64,000 nucleotides of DNA. It comes from Candidatus Zhuqueibacterota bacterium. Lineage in GTDB: Bacteria > Zhuqueibacterota > Zhuqueibacteria > Thermofontimicrobiales > Thermofontimicrobiaceae. The notes beneath the pieces are model-generated. The model was not told the DNA's origin, did no database searches, and worked only from the letters and a program-made list of their open reading frames with translations. The first letter of the stretch is position 1. Every line of letters begins with the position of its first letter. The stretch is taken from NCBI GenBank assembly GCA_049322915.1, contig JBMOPW010000034.1:424567-488566 (forward strand), written 5' to 3'. Below, piece by piece: positions 50,829 through 61,246 of the stretch. A program made the translations under genes and the position numbers.

Positions 50829-52066
50829 TACTGTGTTACCGGCGCTGATTTGAACCGATGAAACGGAATGATTGCGACCATCAGCACGCCGAACAGCGCC
50901 ACAACGCTGATGGCGCTCAACGTCGTTTGCAGGCCCCAGCGATCCGCCAGCGCACCCACCGGTGTCATGAGCAATCCGGCCAATCCCCAGGCAGAGCCCA
51001 TCATCAGCGCGGAGATGAAACCGGCATTTTCAGGCATGATTTGCTGCCCCAGAAGGATATTCACCGATGTCGCAAACGTGAGCAGGAATCCCATCAGGCC
51101 AAGAATCGGCAGCGACCAGATGGCCGGAACGTGCAGGCAAGCAATGCCGAGCGGCAAAATAAAAATGAACGAGAGAAACAGGGTCTTTCGCGCGCCGAAA
51201 CGATCGTACAATCGCCCGCCAGCCAATATCCCTGCCGTTGCAAAAAATTGAAACACCGCCAGCGTCAATCCGCCGAAAAACGGCGTTTCGCCCTTCGACG
51301 TCATGTACAGCGGCATGAAGCCGGAGAAAGACAGAATCAGAATGGCCCGGAACACCACGAGGCTGTGAAGCAGCGTAATGGTGTACCAGTTGGACTTTAC
51401 GGCGGCAGCGAGGTTGGTCTTTTTGCGTTGCTCCTTTGCCACGCTGGCAGTACGACTGAAAAATGAGGCGGAATACAGGAACAGCAGAAGCGCCGGCAAA
51501 ATGGTCAAGACCGAAGCTTTCAAACCCAGAGAGTTCGTGAGCGGAATGATGACCACTGACCCAACAGCCACGCCCAGTGCGCCAGCCATGTTATAGACCG
51601 ACATGGTAAATCCTTTGGATCGATAGGTCAATCCGCCGACCAGGGCTGCGGACTGGGGATGAAAAGCGGCTGTGCCGAATCCGCTGCCAACCAGGATGAG
51701 GACGAGCGTCCAGTACTGATTGACCCAGCCGATGAATCCCAGGAACAGAGCCGTGATGATCGGGCCGAAAATGAGGAAATAATTACGTCTCATCCGGTCG
51801 GAAAATGCGCCGGCCAGTGGCTGGAGCAGAGAGTTGGAGATCGAAAAAATGGATAGCAACAATCCGGCCAGAGTCAGGGTCAGATTGAGCCTGATAACGA
51901 TGATTGGCAATAGCGGCGCTAAAAAACCATTGTAAAAATCGGTCACAAAATGCCCGATTGTGGCGACCCAAAATTTTTGCCGGGCGTCAGAATTCGGACT
52001 GCCGGTTGCTCCGGCGAGAGTTGTGTTTACAGTGAGCGTTGTTGCAGGCACGGTTTTCCATTTCAT
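50828..52066 (-). CDS. MFS transporter (Fsr-like)
   Basis: About 12 TM segments; HFVTDFY..FLAPLLP, QPLAG.FSDR and AAFHP. Confidence 0.88.
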   Translation of the reverse strand: MKWKTVPATTLTVNTTLAGATGSPNSDARQKFWVATIGHFVTDFYNGFLAPLLPIIVIRLNLTLTLAGLLLSIFSISNSLLQPLAGAFSDRMRRNYFLIFGPIITALFLGFIGWVNQYWTLVLILVGSGFGTAAFHPQSAALVGGLTYRSKGFTMSVYNMAGALGVAVGSVVIIPLTNSLGLKASVLTILPALLLFLYSASFFSRTASVAKEQRKKTNLAAAVKSNWYTITLLHSLVVFRAILILSFSGFMPLYMTSKGETPFFGGLTLAVFQFFATAGILAGGRLYDRFGARKTLFLSFIFILPLGIACLHVPAIWSLPILGLMGFLLTFATSVNILLGQQIMPENAGFISALMMGSAWGLAGLLMTPVGALADRWGLQTTLSAISVVALFGVLMVAIIPFHRFKSAPVTQ

Positions 52067-52071
52067 TTTTT

Positions 52072-52246
52072 TTAACTACTCAGCCTCTAAGTCTCTAAGT
52101 CACAAAGAATAAGTTATGTCGAAAATGTTCGATTCAGAAAAAATGAATTTGGTTTGGAGAATAATCAATAATCTTACATCGTAAGAATGAATAAAAAACT
52201 GGCATCTTCGTGACTTTGAGGCAAGAATACCTGACTGAATTGTAAC
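52072..52246. mobile_element. 175-bp miniature element of the GTAAC..TCAG TIR family
   Basis: Ends TTAACTACTCAG / CTGAATTGTAAC; perfect CATTTTTT duplication at 52064-52071 and 52247-52254. Confidence 0.7.
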
Positions 52247-52359
52247 CATTTTTTTATGAAATCAGTTCGATGCAAAAAGGGACGGTTGCCGGTCAGGCAT
52301 CGTTTCACCATCGGGTCAACGGACATTTTTCCTGAACCCGGGGGTCCTGCCTTTTCCGA

Positions 52360-53340
52360 TCAATGGGCGGTCAATTCATCCAATAACAGCCTGATTTTTT
52401 CCCGATCATCTTCCGCGATGGTAAATCCGGCGCCGCCGATATTTTCTTCGGCCTGGTCTGCGTTTCGCGCGCCGACAATCGCTGCCGTCACCGCAGGATG
52501 ATGCAGCACCCAGGCCACAGCAAGTTGCCCGACAGTCTTCTGATACTTCGCCGCGATGGGTCGAAGCGCCTCGACAAATTCCAGATTGCGCGTGAGTTTG
52601 GGCTCCCGAAAATCCTCGATTTTCGGTCGCCAATCGCCGGCTTGCAGCCGGGACGCATCGAATTTGCCGGATAACAGGCCGGAAAACATCGGGCTGTACG
52701 CGATGACGCCGATGCCGTTTGTCTCGCAAAATGGCAGAATATCTTTTTCAATCCCCCGGGCCAATAAACTGTACGGCGGTTGCAAGGAATCGATGGGATG
52801 AAGCGACTGGCATTTTTCCATCAACGCGACGTCGAAATTGGACACGCCGAGATAGCGGACTTTGCCCTCCTGTTTGAATTTGATCATCTCTTCCCATGAT
52901 TTTTCGACCGGGGTCTTCGGGTCCGGCCAGTGAAATTGGTAGAGATCGATCTGCTCGCGCTTCAGCCGTTTGAGGCTCGCCTCCAATTCACGCCGGATAC
53001 TTTGGGGCGTGAGATCGTTGCGGACTCTCTTTCTGTCATCCCAAGCCAGACCGCACTTTGTGGCGATGAACACCTTCTGTTGCATTCCCTCCAGCGCCCT
53101 GGCGACAATTTCCTCGGAGTGGCCCAGTCCGTACACTGCGGCCGTGTCGATCCAGTTAATGCCGCGCTCAATGCTCGCCCGAATTGCGGCGATGGACTGA
53201 GCGTCGTCCTGCTTGCCCCATCCCCAGGCCCAGGGACCGCCAATGGCCCACGCGCCCAGACCGATGGTCGTCAGGGCCGGGCCGTTGCTGCCCAATTTTC
53301 TGGTTTCCATGCGTCTCCTTCCATTAACTTCTATAGCCAT
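52360..53340 (-). CDS. Aldo/keto reductase
   Basis: GINWIDTAAVYGLGHSE, IDLYQFHWPD, GVSNF, LQPPYS and AYSP. Confidence 0.95.
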   Translation of the reverse strand: MAIEVNGRRRMETRKLGSNGPALTTIGLGAWAIGGPWAWGWGKQDDAQSIAAIRASIERGINWIDTAAVYGLGHSEEIVARALEGMQQKVFIATKCGLAWDDRKRVRNDLTPQSIRRELEASLKRLKREQIDLYQFHWPDPKTPVEKSWEEMIKFKQEGKVRYLGVSNFDVALMEKCQSLHPIDSLQPPYSLLARGIEKDILPFCETNGIGVIAYSPMFSGLLSGKFDASRLQAGDWRPKIEDFREPKLTRNLEFVEALRPIAAKYQKTVGQLAVAWVLHHPAVTAAIVGARNADQAEENIGGAGFTIAEDDREKIRLLLDELTAH

Positions 53341-53503
53341 GAATTTAAGTTAATGCAACGACCCTACACCGGAAATGTTCCGGCCAGCTTTTTCATTTTT
53401 TTCATTCAGTAGCTAACAAATATTATGAACCTTCCGATATTAAACATGTAAGTCAAACCTGCGTTAAGTGACTTAACGTAAAAATACCTGAGACAAAATT
53501 TTC

Positions 53504-53666
53504 GTAACGACTCAGCTCATGTATTCCAGAAGCCGCTGGTCAGCAGGCTGGGTGATTGTTGAACCGCCGCCATGCTTCAAAATGGTGATATTCGATGTGC
53601 GCTCAGAATTTAGCCGCTTCAGCGGCGACCCTGACATTTCAAAATATTTAACACCTGAGTCGTTTC
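53504..53666. mobile_element. 163-bp miniature element of the GTAAC..TCAG TIR family
   Basis: Ends GTAACGACTCAG / CTGAGTCGTTTC (11/12); flanks AAATTTTC and AAATTTTT (7/8). Confidence 0.7.
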
Positions 53667-53787
53667 AAATTTTTCACTGCAAAGGTGAAAATTTACCAGA
53701 GAGAAACTGAATCTGACGGGGGCTGCCTGGTTCTATTCGGTAACAGCGCGTCCATTGACTCGCAATTTTCAGGAGCGATGAAAAGGC

Positions 53788-54747
53788 ATGAATGAAAAAA
53801 TAATTGAAATAAAGTACCTGGGCAATAAAAAACTCATTCCTAAACCGGGCGTCACCTACACCATTGGTCGCGAACCGGGGAATGAAATCATCCTTCCGGA
53901 CTCGACTGTCTCGCGCAAACATGCGTCCATCACCTTCAACGGCAAAGACTGCCTGATCCGGGATTTGAACAGCCGCAATGGCGTTTTTGTGAATGACAAA
54001 AAAGTGCTGCAAGCGAGACTGAAAGACCACGATTTGATCACCATTGGCGGGATACCCATCACCATTGTTGCGAAGCCGGATGTGACGGCGACTTCAGGGA
54101 TGGCAAAAAATGAATTCCAGAGCCGAAGCGATGACTCGATTCTCATTCATCGGAAATTCGATGAACTGCTGAATCACGTGGAAAAGGGCAGCCCGCTTGC
54201 CAAAGAATTGAAAGATATTCACGAGGCCGTTTCGCAGAGCCGCAAGCGCTTGAAAGCCGCGGCGACTATCGATTCGCTCACAGGAATTTACAATCGCGGT
54301 TATTTTGACAAATTGCTGAAGTCCGAGATACTCCGCAATGCGCGATACGAACATCCGGTGTCGCTCCTGCTCATTGATATTGACAAGTTCAAGGATGTCA
54401 ACGACGAATATGGCCACCAGCAGGGTGACAGAATTTTGAAATGGATTGCTGACTTGCTCAGAAAAATCGTTCGTCAAACCGACGTTGTGGCCCGCTACGG
54501 GGGCGAAGAATTCACAGTGATTTTGCTCGAGACGGAATTGAACAACGCCACCAAAGTTGCGGAGAAAATTCGGGAGAAAATTGCTGTAACCAGTCAGTTC
54601 GAACTGGTGAAGCCGATCACTGTCAGCATTGGGATTTCCAATTACCCGGAGAATGGTTTCATCGACAAAGAAATCATCCGCGCGGCGGACATCGCTCTTT
54701 ATCATTCCAAACAGCACGGCAGGAACCAGGTGACTGTGAGCAAATAA
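53788..54747 (+). CDS. FHA-domain diguanylate cyclase
   Basis: FHA motifs IGR...VSRKHA...SRNG; DSLTG.YNR, DIDKFK.VND.YGH and RYGGEEF. Confidence 0.93.
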   Translation: MNEKIIEIKYLGNKKLIPKPGVTYTIGREPGNEIILPDSTVSRKHASITFNGKDCLIRDLNSRNGVFVNDKKVLQARLKDHDLITIGGIPITIVAKPDVTATSGMAKNEFQSRSDDSILIHRKFDELLNHVEKGSPLAKELKDIHEAVSQSRKRLKAAATIDSLTGIYNRGYFDKLLKSEILRNARYEHPVSLLLIDIDKFKDVNDEYGHQQGDRILKWIADLLRKIVRQTDVVARYGGEEFTVILLETELNNATKVAEKIREKIAVTSQFELVKPITVSIGISNYPENGFIDKEIIRAADIALYHSKQHGRNQVTVSK

Positions 54748-54769
54748 TTTGTGAGATAATTCAGAGGGT

Positions 54770-56257
54770 ATGATAGAACAAAAGACAATCAGTTCGTTTG
54801 AAATCTATGAAGAAATCGGAGACGGCGGAATGGCGCAGATTTACAAGGCCCGCCAGTCTTCGTTGAATCGATTTGTTGTTTTGAAAAAGTTGAAACTTTT
54901 GACGCCGGAGATGATTCAACGGTTCGAAAAAGAGGCCATTGTGACGGCGTCCTTCTCCCAGGAGAATATTGTTTCGACCTACGATTTCTTCAAATCCGGC
55001 CAGGATTACTACATGGTCATGGAATACATCAATGGCATGGATTTGAAGACGATTCTTTCGACTACATCGCCTCTGCCGCCGACCATTGCCGCCATGATTA
55101 TCCGGGAAGTCGCCCGCGGACTGGAATATGCGCACGACCACAACACCATTCATCGCGATATCAAACCCAGCAATGTGATGGTTTCGGAACGGGGCGAAGT
55201 GAAAATCATCGACTTCGGCCTCGCCAAGAACGAATCGCCAAACGAGCTCACCAAAACAGGGGTGATCGTCGGGACGCCGACCTATCTCTCGCCGGAACAA
55301 TTGAATGGCGAAGAACTCACCGAACAGACCGACATCTATTCTCTCGGCGTCATGTTTTACGAGTTGGTCACCGGGTTCCGACCCTTCACTGCCAGCACCA
55401 ATACCGAGTTGTTCACGCTCATCAGTCAGGGTAAATTCCGCTCGCCTCGCGTTTACAATAAAAAATTCCCCCGCAAATTGACGAGAATCATCCAACGCGC
55501 CATGAACCGTTCACTGGAAAAACGCTATTTGCGCGTCTCGGACATGATTCAGGACATCAATAAATTTCTGAAATGGGAAAACCAAGTGAATATCAAGCAT
55601 CGGTTGAGCGATATGATGCGACTGATCAAATCGATGCACATCAGCGAAACCATGTCCATTCCCCGCCCTGATTCCCAGGAGCTACCGCTGCCGCAGCCCC
55701 GACGCTGGAAGCCGGTTTTTGTGGCGTTCATCCTGATCGCCATGATTGGCGCGGGTGGGTATTATGGATTTAAAGAATATGCCAGAAATTATCTGGGGAC
55801 AGTAGTCATGAAAATCAATGTCCCGGAAGGGATAGTGATTCAGGATGACAAGAAGCAGTATGAATTCAAAGGGGGCGTCATTCGGTTCAACCACGTCATC
55901 GCCGGGTCCCATTCATTTCGCATTTCCGCCGGCGATCTTTTCACCATTTTCGAGGGCGTTTACAAAATCAAGGCCAACGCCGTGGATACGTTGAAAATTG
56001 ATTTGATTAAAAAAAGCGAGCGCGCGTTGCTCACCATTAATTCCAATCCCAATGGAGCGCATGTGTATATCAATGGCCAATTCTGGGGGAAAAGCCCGAT
56101 GGAGAAAGAGAAGGTGACTACCGGCACGCACAAGATCGAATTGATTTACCCCGGCTATGAAAACTGGAAGGCGCGGAAAGAGTTTCGGATCAATGAGGAT
56201 TTACATCTGTTCATTAACCTGAACAAGATTAATCATGAGCTGTTCAGCAAACAGTGA
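54770..56257 (+). CDS. Hanks-type Ser/Thr protein kinase with a TM helix and PEGA domain
   Basis: IGDGGMA, HRDIKPSN, DFGLA and GTPTYLSPEQ; TM segment; INSNPNGAHVYING. Confidence 0.93.
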   Translation: MIEQKTISSFEIYEEIGDGGMAQIYKARQSSLNRFVVLKKLKLLTPEMIQRFEKEAIVTASFSQENIVSTYDFFKSGQDYYMVMEYINGMDLKTILSTTSPLPPTIAAMIIREVARGLEYAHDHNTIHRDIKPSNVMVSERGEVKIIDFGLAKNESPNELTKTGVIVGTPTYLSPEQLNGEELTEQTDIYSLGVMFYELVTGFRPFTASTNTELFTLISQGKFRSPRVYNKKFPRKLTRIIQRAMNRSLEKRYLRVSDMIQDINKFLKWENQVNIKHRLSDMMRLIKSMHISETMSIPRPDSQELPLPQPRRWKPVFVAFILIAMIGAGGYYGFKEYARNYLGTVVMKINVPEGIVIQDDKKQYEFKGGVIRFNHVIAGSHSFRISAGDLFTIFEGVYKIKANAVDTLKIDLIKKSERALLTINSNPNGAHVYINGQFWGKSPMEKEKVTTGTHKIELIYPGYENWKARKEFRINEDLHLFINLNKINHELFSKQ

Positions 56258-56275
56258 CGTGCAGCCTTGAAACTG

Positions 56276-56310
56276 AACAGCCTCCGATCGTTCGCCAATC
56301 GGAGGCTGTT
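56276..56310. terminator. Terminator hairpin between convergent genes
   Basis: 13-bp perfect stem AACAGCCTCCGAT...ATCGGAGGCTGTT with a T-run. Confidence 0.75.
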
Positions 56311-56330
56311 TTGTTTTGAATGACTTGCAC

Positions 56331-58262
56331 TCAGTTCGATGGAATATTATGCTCTTTCAAATACCAATCAGTCGCATCTTTGAGCACGGATTGAAAGACC
56401 GGGACCATTTTATTGGGGTCAAATAGAAATCCGTCCTGAATTTGCGCGCTGTAAAACAACTGCTCCGACGCCTTCACCAGGTACTCATCTTTGGGATCAT
56501 TCATAAACATGGTCAAAAGATTCCGCACAATCGGATGTTCGCCGTTAATTTCCAGAACCTTCCTGATCGGCGTCATATCCTGATTGACGCTCTTCAAAAT
56601 TTTCTCCATTTGGCCGGACATGCCGTCGTCTTTGGACACCAGCACCGCCGGGCTGCTTTTGAGTCGTTCGGACAGCCGCACTTCTTCCACCTGATCGCCG
56701 AGAATATTTTTGATGCGCGTGCAAAGTTTTTCCAGATCGCGTTTCTCGCTCTTGCGACGTTCCTGTTTCTCCTCGTCCTCCGGCTCTTCTTTTTCGCTCT
56801 TCACATCTTTCAGCGCATCCAGATCCGCCTGGTCTGCCGAACGGAGTTCCTTCTCTTTGAAACTGCGCAAGCCGCTCAAGACAAAATCATCGATGGGATC
56901 GAACAGGTAGAGCACTTCTATGCCCTTGCTTCGGAAAATTTCCAGATGCGGATTGTTTTCAATCGTGGCGCGATTCATCCCGGAGAGGAAATAGATGTGC
57001 TTCTGGCCATCCACCATCCTCCCGATATATTCGTCCAGCGAGCAGAGTTCTTCGCTGGATTTCATTACTGAGGAATTGAAGCGGAACAGCTCAGCGACTT
57101 TCTCCTGATTGGGAAAATCGGCGTACCCCTCTTTCAGAATGCGACCGAATTGCGCCCAGAACTCTTTGTAGGTGGCCGCGTCTTTCTCCGATATTTCTTT
57201 GAGATGACCCAAAATGCGCTTCACCAGCAGACTGCTGATTTTCATGATGGTCGTGTTTTCCTGCAACGTCTCGCGGGAAATGTTCAGCGGCAGATCCTCG
57301 GTATCCACGACGCCCTTGACAAAACGGAGATATTTCGGCAGCAGGTCTTGGTTCTCGGTTTGAATGAGCACCCGCTTCACGAACAAATTCACGCCGTGTT
57401 CTTTGGGGCTGAACCCCATTATTTCATAATTCGTTTTGGGAATGAACAGCAGGCTGTTGAGTTGAATCGGCGCATCGGCTGAAAAGTGAATCCAGCCCAT
57501 TGGGTCTTCACTGCTACTGGCGAAGAATTTATAGAATTCTTTATATTGCTCATCTTTCACCGAGGTCCGCGGTTCGCGCCATAACGCCGATATTTTATTG
57601 ACCTGCTCGCCATCCACAAAGATGGGGAACGGGACAAAATTCGAGTATTTTTTTATCACCTGTTCGATGCGATATTTCTCGGCAAATTCCTCGGCGTCGC
57701 CGCGCAGATGAAGCTCAATTTTAGTGCCGCGAGGCGCATGTTCAATCTTCTCGATTTTGAATGTGCCGCCGCCATCGCTGGTCCATTCGCACGCCTCGGC
57801 ATCCTTCAGGTACGACCGCGTCGTGATGGTCACATTATCCGCTACCATGTACACGGAATAGAAACCAACGCCAAATCGACCGATTAAATCCGGTCCCTGC
57901 GGATCGGTTTCAGTGACATTTTTCAAAAATTCAGTCGAGCCGGAATGGGCAATGGTGCCGATGTTTTCGATCAATTCTTCACTCGTCATACCAATGCCGC
58001 TGTCCGTGATGATGAACTTCTTATTGTCCTTATCCAAGTTGATGCGTATTTCAAACGGATTATCAGCCTGGTAAATTTCTTCTCCGCGAATGCTCTGGAA
58101 CCGGACTTTGTCCAGCGCGTCGCTCGCATTGGAAATCAATTCCCGAACAAAAATCTCGCGATTGGTATACAGCGACCGCGCCAGTATGTCCAACAACTGC
58201 TTGATCTCCGCTTTGAATTTGTATGTTTTCCTGCCTGTTGCTTGTTCTGTCATCTGACACAC
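56331..58262 (-). CDS. htpG: Molecular chaperone HtpG (Hsp90)
   Basis: FVRELISNASDA, DSGIGM, IGRFGVGFYS and LPLNISRE. Confidence 0.97.
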   Translation of the reverse strand: MCQMTEQATGRKTYKFKAEIKQLLDILARSLYTNREIFVRELISNASDALDKVRFQSIRGEEIYQADNPFEIRINLDKDNKKFIITDSGIGMTSEELIENIGTIAHSGSTEFLKNVTETDPQGPDLIGRFGVGFYSVYMVADNVTITTRSYLKDAEACEWTSDGGGTFKIEKIEHAPRGTKIELHLRGDAEEFAEKYRIEQVIKKYSNFVPFPIFVDGEQVNKISALWREPRTSVKDEQYKEFYKFFASSSEDPMGWIHFSADAPIQLNSLLFIPKTNYEIMGFSPKEHGVNLFVKRVLIQTENQDLLPKYLRFVKGVVDTEDLPLNISRETLQENTTIMKISSLLVKRILGHLKEISEKDAATYKEFWAQFGRILKEGYADFPNQEKVAELFRFNSSVMKSSEELCSLDEYIGRMVDGQKHIYFLSGMNRATIENNPHLEIFRSKGIEVLYLFDPIDDFVLSGLRSFKEKELRSADQADLDALKDVKSEKEEPEDEEKQERRKSEKRDLEKLCTRIKNILGDQVEEVRLSERLKSSPAVLVSKDDGMSGQMEKILKSVNQDMTPIRKVLEINGEHPIVRNLLTMFMNDPKDEYLVKASEQLFYSAQIQDGFLFDPNKMVPVFQSVLKDATDWYLKEHNIPSN

Positions 58263-58513
58263 CTCCTGATAAATATTTCACCCAATACAAGTTATTATAA
58301 AATAAAACATTGCTTTCGAGTCAGCGGTCGGGTTGAAACCGGACAGCAGCGGTATTTTAAAAAGAGAACGCTCTGCTGAAAAACCAACTCCCGTCACTGC
58401 GACCGATTGTATTTGATGATTAAGAATTCAAAAAGATGTAACGCCAATCCACAAAATTGAATTTTCAATCTGCCAATGCCCGCCAATTTTTCTGCCAATT
58501 GCGGGCCATTCAC

Positions 58514-60898
58514 TCATTCCGCTTCGGCATTTTTGGGCGCGAACGCGTTGTAAAGCAACAGCCCGAGGATGGTCACAACGCCAATGCCGCTGAATATGAG
58601 CCACAGCGTCCGGGGCTGATTCAGTTGATCGACAAAATGGACGTACATATTCGCGCCGAGAATCGCACCGATGCTGCTGCCGATCACGCCGTACAAAAAG
58701 ATATAGCCCATGTACGTGGCCACGCGGTCTTTGGGAGCTGTGAGGCCCACATAGCTGATGAATTTGGGATGCGCGGTCATTTCACCAATGGAGAAAATGA
58801 CAATGCCAACCATGAATACCCAGATGCTCGTGGAAATCGCTAAAATGGCCATGCCCACCGTGCCCATCGCGATGCCGGCGATCATGGTCGGCAGCGCTTT
58901 GGTGTTTTTCACAATGGACGATACCACTAATTGCAGCAGGATGATTGTCCCGGCGTTGATCACGGTGACGTGCTCGACGTCGAAGAACCAGTTGATATTC
59001 ACGCCGATGAAGCCCAACACGGAATTGACGAAGCTGTTGAGCGAGGACGCATCGACATAGGCTTTTACGTACCACAGCACTGAATCGAACATCTGAAAAT
59101 AGAGAATCCAGAATCCTGAATAGATGAAAATCATCAGCAAAAATCTGAAATTGTCTTTGAACCGCGCCTGGTCTTCCACCTCGATGGTGAACAGGGAGAG
59201 CACGGAGAAATAAATGATCATGCTGACAAAGCGCGAGAAGACATTCAGCCCGGGTATCAGCCAGATGATAGCAATGATTCCCACAAAGGTCAACAGCACA
59301 TACAGCGCCTTTTTCAATTTTTCCGACTGAAGGAAAAGCTTCTGAATTTTCAGGATGAGCAGACTCGTGAGCAGAAGCAAAATCAGATACGGCAGGAAGA
59401 ACGATCGCCGCTGCGAGGAAGCGACCAGTTCATCCAGCCGCGACTGGCTCAGGTGCATCAAGTTGGGGAAGCCGCGCAGTTCGGTGAGCAGCTCGGCTCG
59501 GCGGGCTGAATATGCTTTCATGTCGTGAATTGTCAGCGTAATTTTCTGGTTGTCCTCCGCGGCGATTTTATACCCGGACGCTGCGCCTGCCCCCTTTTCG
59601 TACCCCACACGCAGGAGCGATTTCCTCCTGGCCTGTTCCAGAAGCGATGTGATCGTCTCCGGGCTGAACTCAGCGAATGCCGGATTACTCTGAATTTCCT
59701 GCACCAGTGCCGACTCGTACTGCCTGAACAGGTCCGGCTTGAACAGCGTGACCATGAGTCGATTGGCATGATCCGATGTCAACCGCTCGAACAGGGGCGC
59801 GATGTGTTCGCGGTCGAGAGTCAGCCGCCCCGCGGACAGCGCATTCAAATTCGTCACCAGCGAATCCAATTGCGGCGCCGGATGCACCAGCGTGACGGCC
59901 ATGTCATTGCCATCGATGGTGACATTCTTAAAATAGCAGGCGGCGAAGGATTCCGGCCGATGGTAGACGACGAGATTGATCCCGGCGACCGACTCAGCAA
60001 AATGACGCTGAATGGTGTAGGGATTTTCGCGCATGACATCGCGATCGATTTTGAAAGTCAAAGCAGCGCCATTCTGAACATGCGTGGCGTGAACAATCTC
60101 ATCGGTGACCGGTTCCAGAGTGATGTACTGCCACGCGGCAAGCGCAGCCAGCAGAACGATGACAGCCCACACCCATTTCGCGCCGGGTTTGGCCGAGCGC
60201 AGATAAAAATAAATGAGCACAAAGGGACTGTAAATAATCTCGAACGCATTGGCGACCGTTTTCAGCAGATTCAACCCCTTCCCCTTGCCTTTCGCTTCCG
60301 GCATGGGCGGCTCTTTGTAGAACAGCACGGTGGGAAGAATCATAGCGCCGGTGCCCAGCGCCGACGCAATGATGACCCAGCGCCAGCCGAACATGGGACT
60401 ATTTTTGAGGAACGGCACGAGTATCAGAGGAAACAGGAACGCGCCGAGATTGATGGACCAGTAGTAAATGCCAAATCCCAGCGTGCTATTGCTTTTGTCC
60501 GTGGTGCGGGCGATGGAACCTGAAATGATCGGTTTGAACGTGCCGGCGCCCAGCGCCATCACACACAATGCCAGGAACACCGCGGAATAGGAGGTCATCT
60601 GGCTGGTCAGAAAATAGCCGCCTCCCAGCAGGGCGAACGCCACGGTCAGCGTTTTGCGATAGCCAAATCGATCTGCCAGCGCTCCGCTGATGATGGGCAG
60701 AAAGTACAGGATCGGCTGAATCGTGCCTTTTATCAGACCAACGCCGGTTTTGGCAAAACCGAGTACATCGGTCAGATATATCGAGAGAACGCTCATCATC
60801 CCATAATAGGATCCGCGCTCAAAAAACTCGAATAAAATCACAATCCAATATGTTGTAGAGAACGACCGGAGGAGCCCCTTTTTCCCTTGTTCGGACAT
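58514..60898 (-). CDS. MFS (POT/PTR-like) transporter with a large central soluble insertion
   Basis: EFFERGSYYG (ExxER motif), GALADRFG and YWSINLG; insertion of about 240 aa between the TM bundles. Confidence 0.82.
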   Translation of the reverse strand: MSEQGKKGLLRSFSTTYWIVILFEFFERGSYYGMMSVLSIYLTDVLGFAKTGVGLIKGTIQPILYFLPIISGALADRFGYRKTLTVAFALLGGGYFLTSQMTSYSAVFLALCVMALGAGTFKPIISGSIARTTDKSNSTLGFGIYYWSINLGAFLFPLILVPFLKNSPMFGWRWVIIASALGTGAMILPTVLFYKEPPMPEAKGKGKGLNLLKTVANAFEIIYSPFVLIYFYLRSAKPGAKWVWAVIVLLAALAAWQYITLEPVTDEIVHATHVQNGAALTFKIDRDVMRENPYTIQRHFAESVAGINLVVYHRPESFAACYFKNVTIDGNDMAVTLVHPAPQLDSLVTNLNALSAGRLTLDREHIAPLFERLTSDHANRLMVTLFKPDLFRQYESALVQEIQSNPAFAEFSPETITSLLEQARRKSLLRVGYEKGAGAASGYKIAAEDNQKITLTIHDMKAYSARRAELLTELRGFPNLMHLSQSRLDELVASSQRRSFFLPYLILLLLTSLLILKIQKLFLQSEKLKKALYVLLTFVGIIAIIWLIPGLNVFSRFVSMIIYFSVLSLFTIEVEDQARFKDNFRFLLMIFIYSGFWILYFQMFDSVLWYVKAYVDASSLNSFVNSVLGFIGVNINWFFDVEHVTVINAGTIILLQLVVSSIVKNTKALPTMIAGIAMGTVGMAILAISTSIWVFMVGIVIFSIGEMTAHPKFISYVGLTAPKDRVATYMGYIFLYGVIGSSIGAILGANMYVHFVDQLNQPRTLWLIFSGIGVVTILGLLLYNAFAPKNAEAE

Positions 60899-61246
60899 AA
60901 TTTTCCTTTTCGATGAATATACACGTCTATGCAGGCTGAAGACATTTCGTTGAGCCGTCCATTTGGGTCAGGCTCCGAATGAGAAATCCGAAGCAACGGT
61001 GAATTCCGCCCATCGTTTTGATGCCATCGACACGGACGGAGCCACTCAATCATTGCACGGAATTGAACGAAAATCTGGCGCACGCCTGTCTTTCTATGAA
61101 TTTCACTTTTGAGACAGTAACAGTAATAATTTATAATAAAAAAGTCAAGAAAAAATTTAGCTCCCCATTCCTTACCGCGAATCTGCCCATAAACAAAAAA
61201 CCGATCCGCAGATCGGTCTTCGCTCCTTCCGCTGTGGCGCTCTGGA

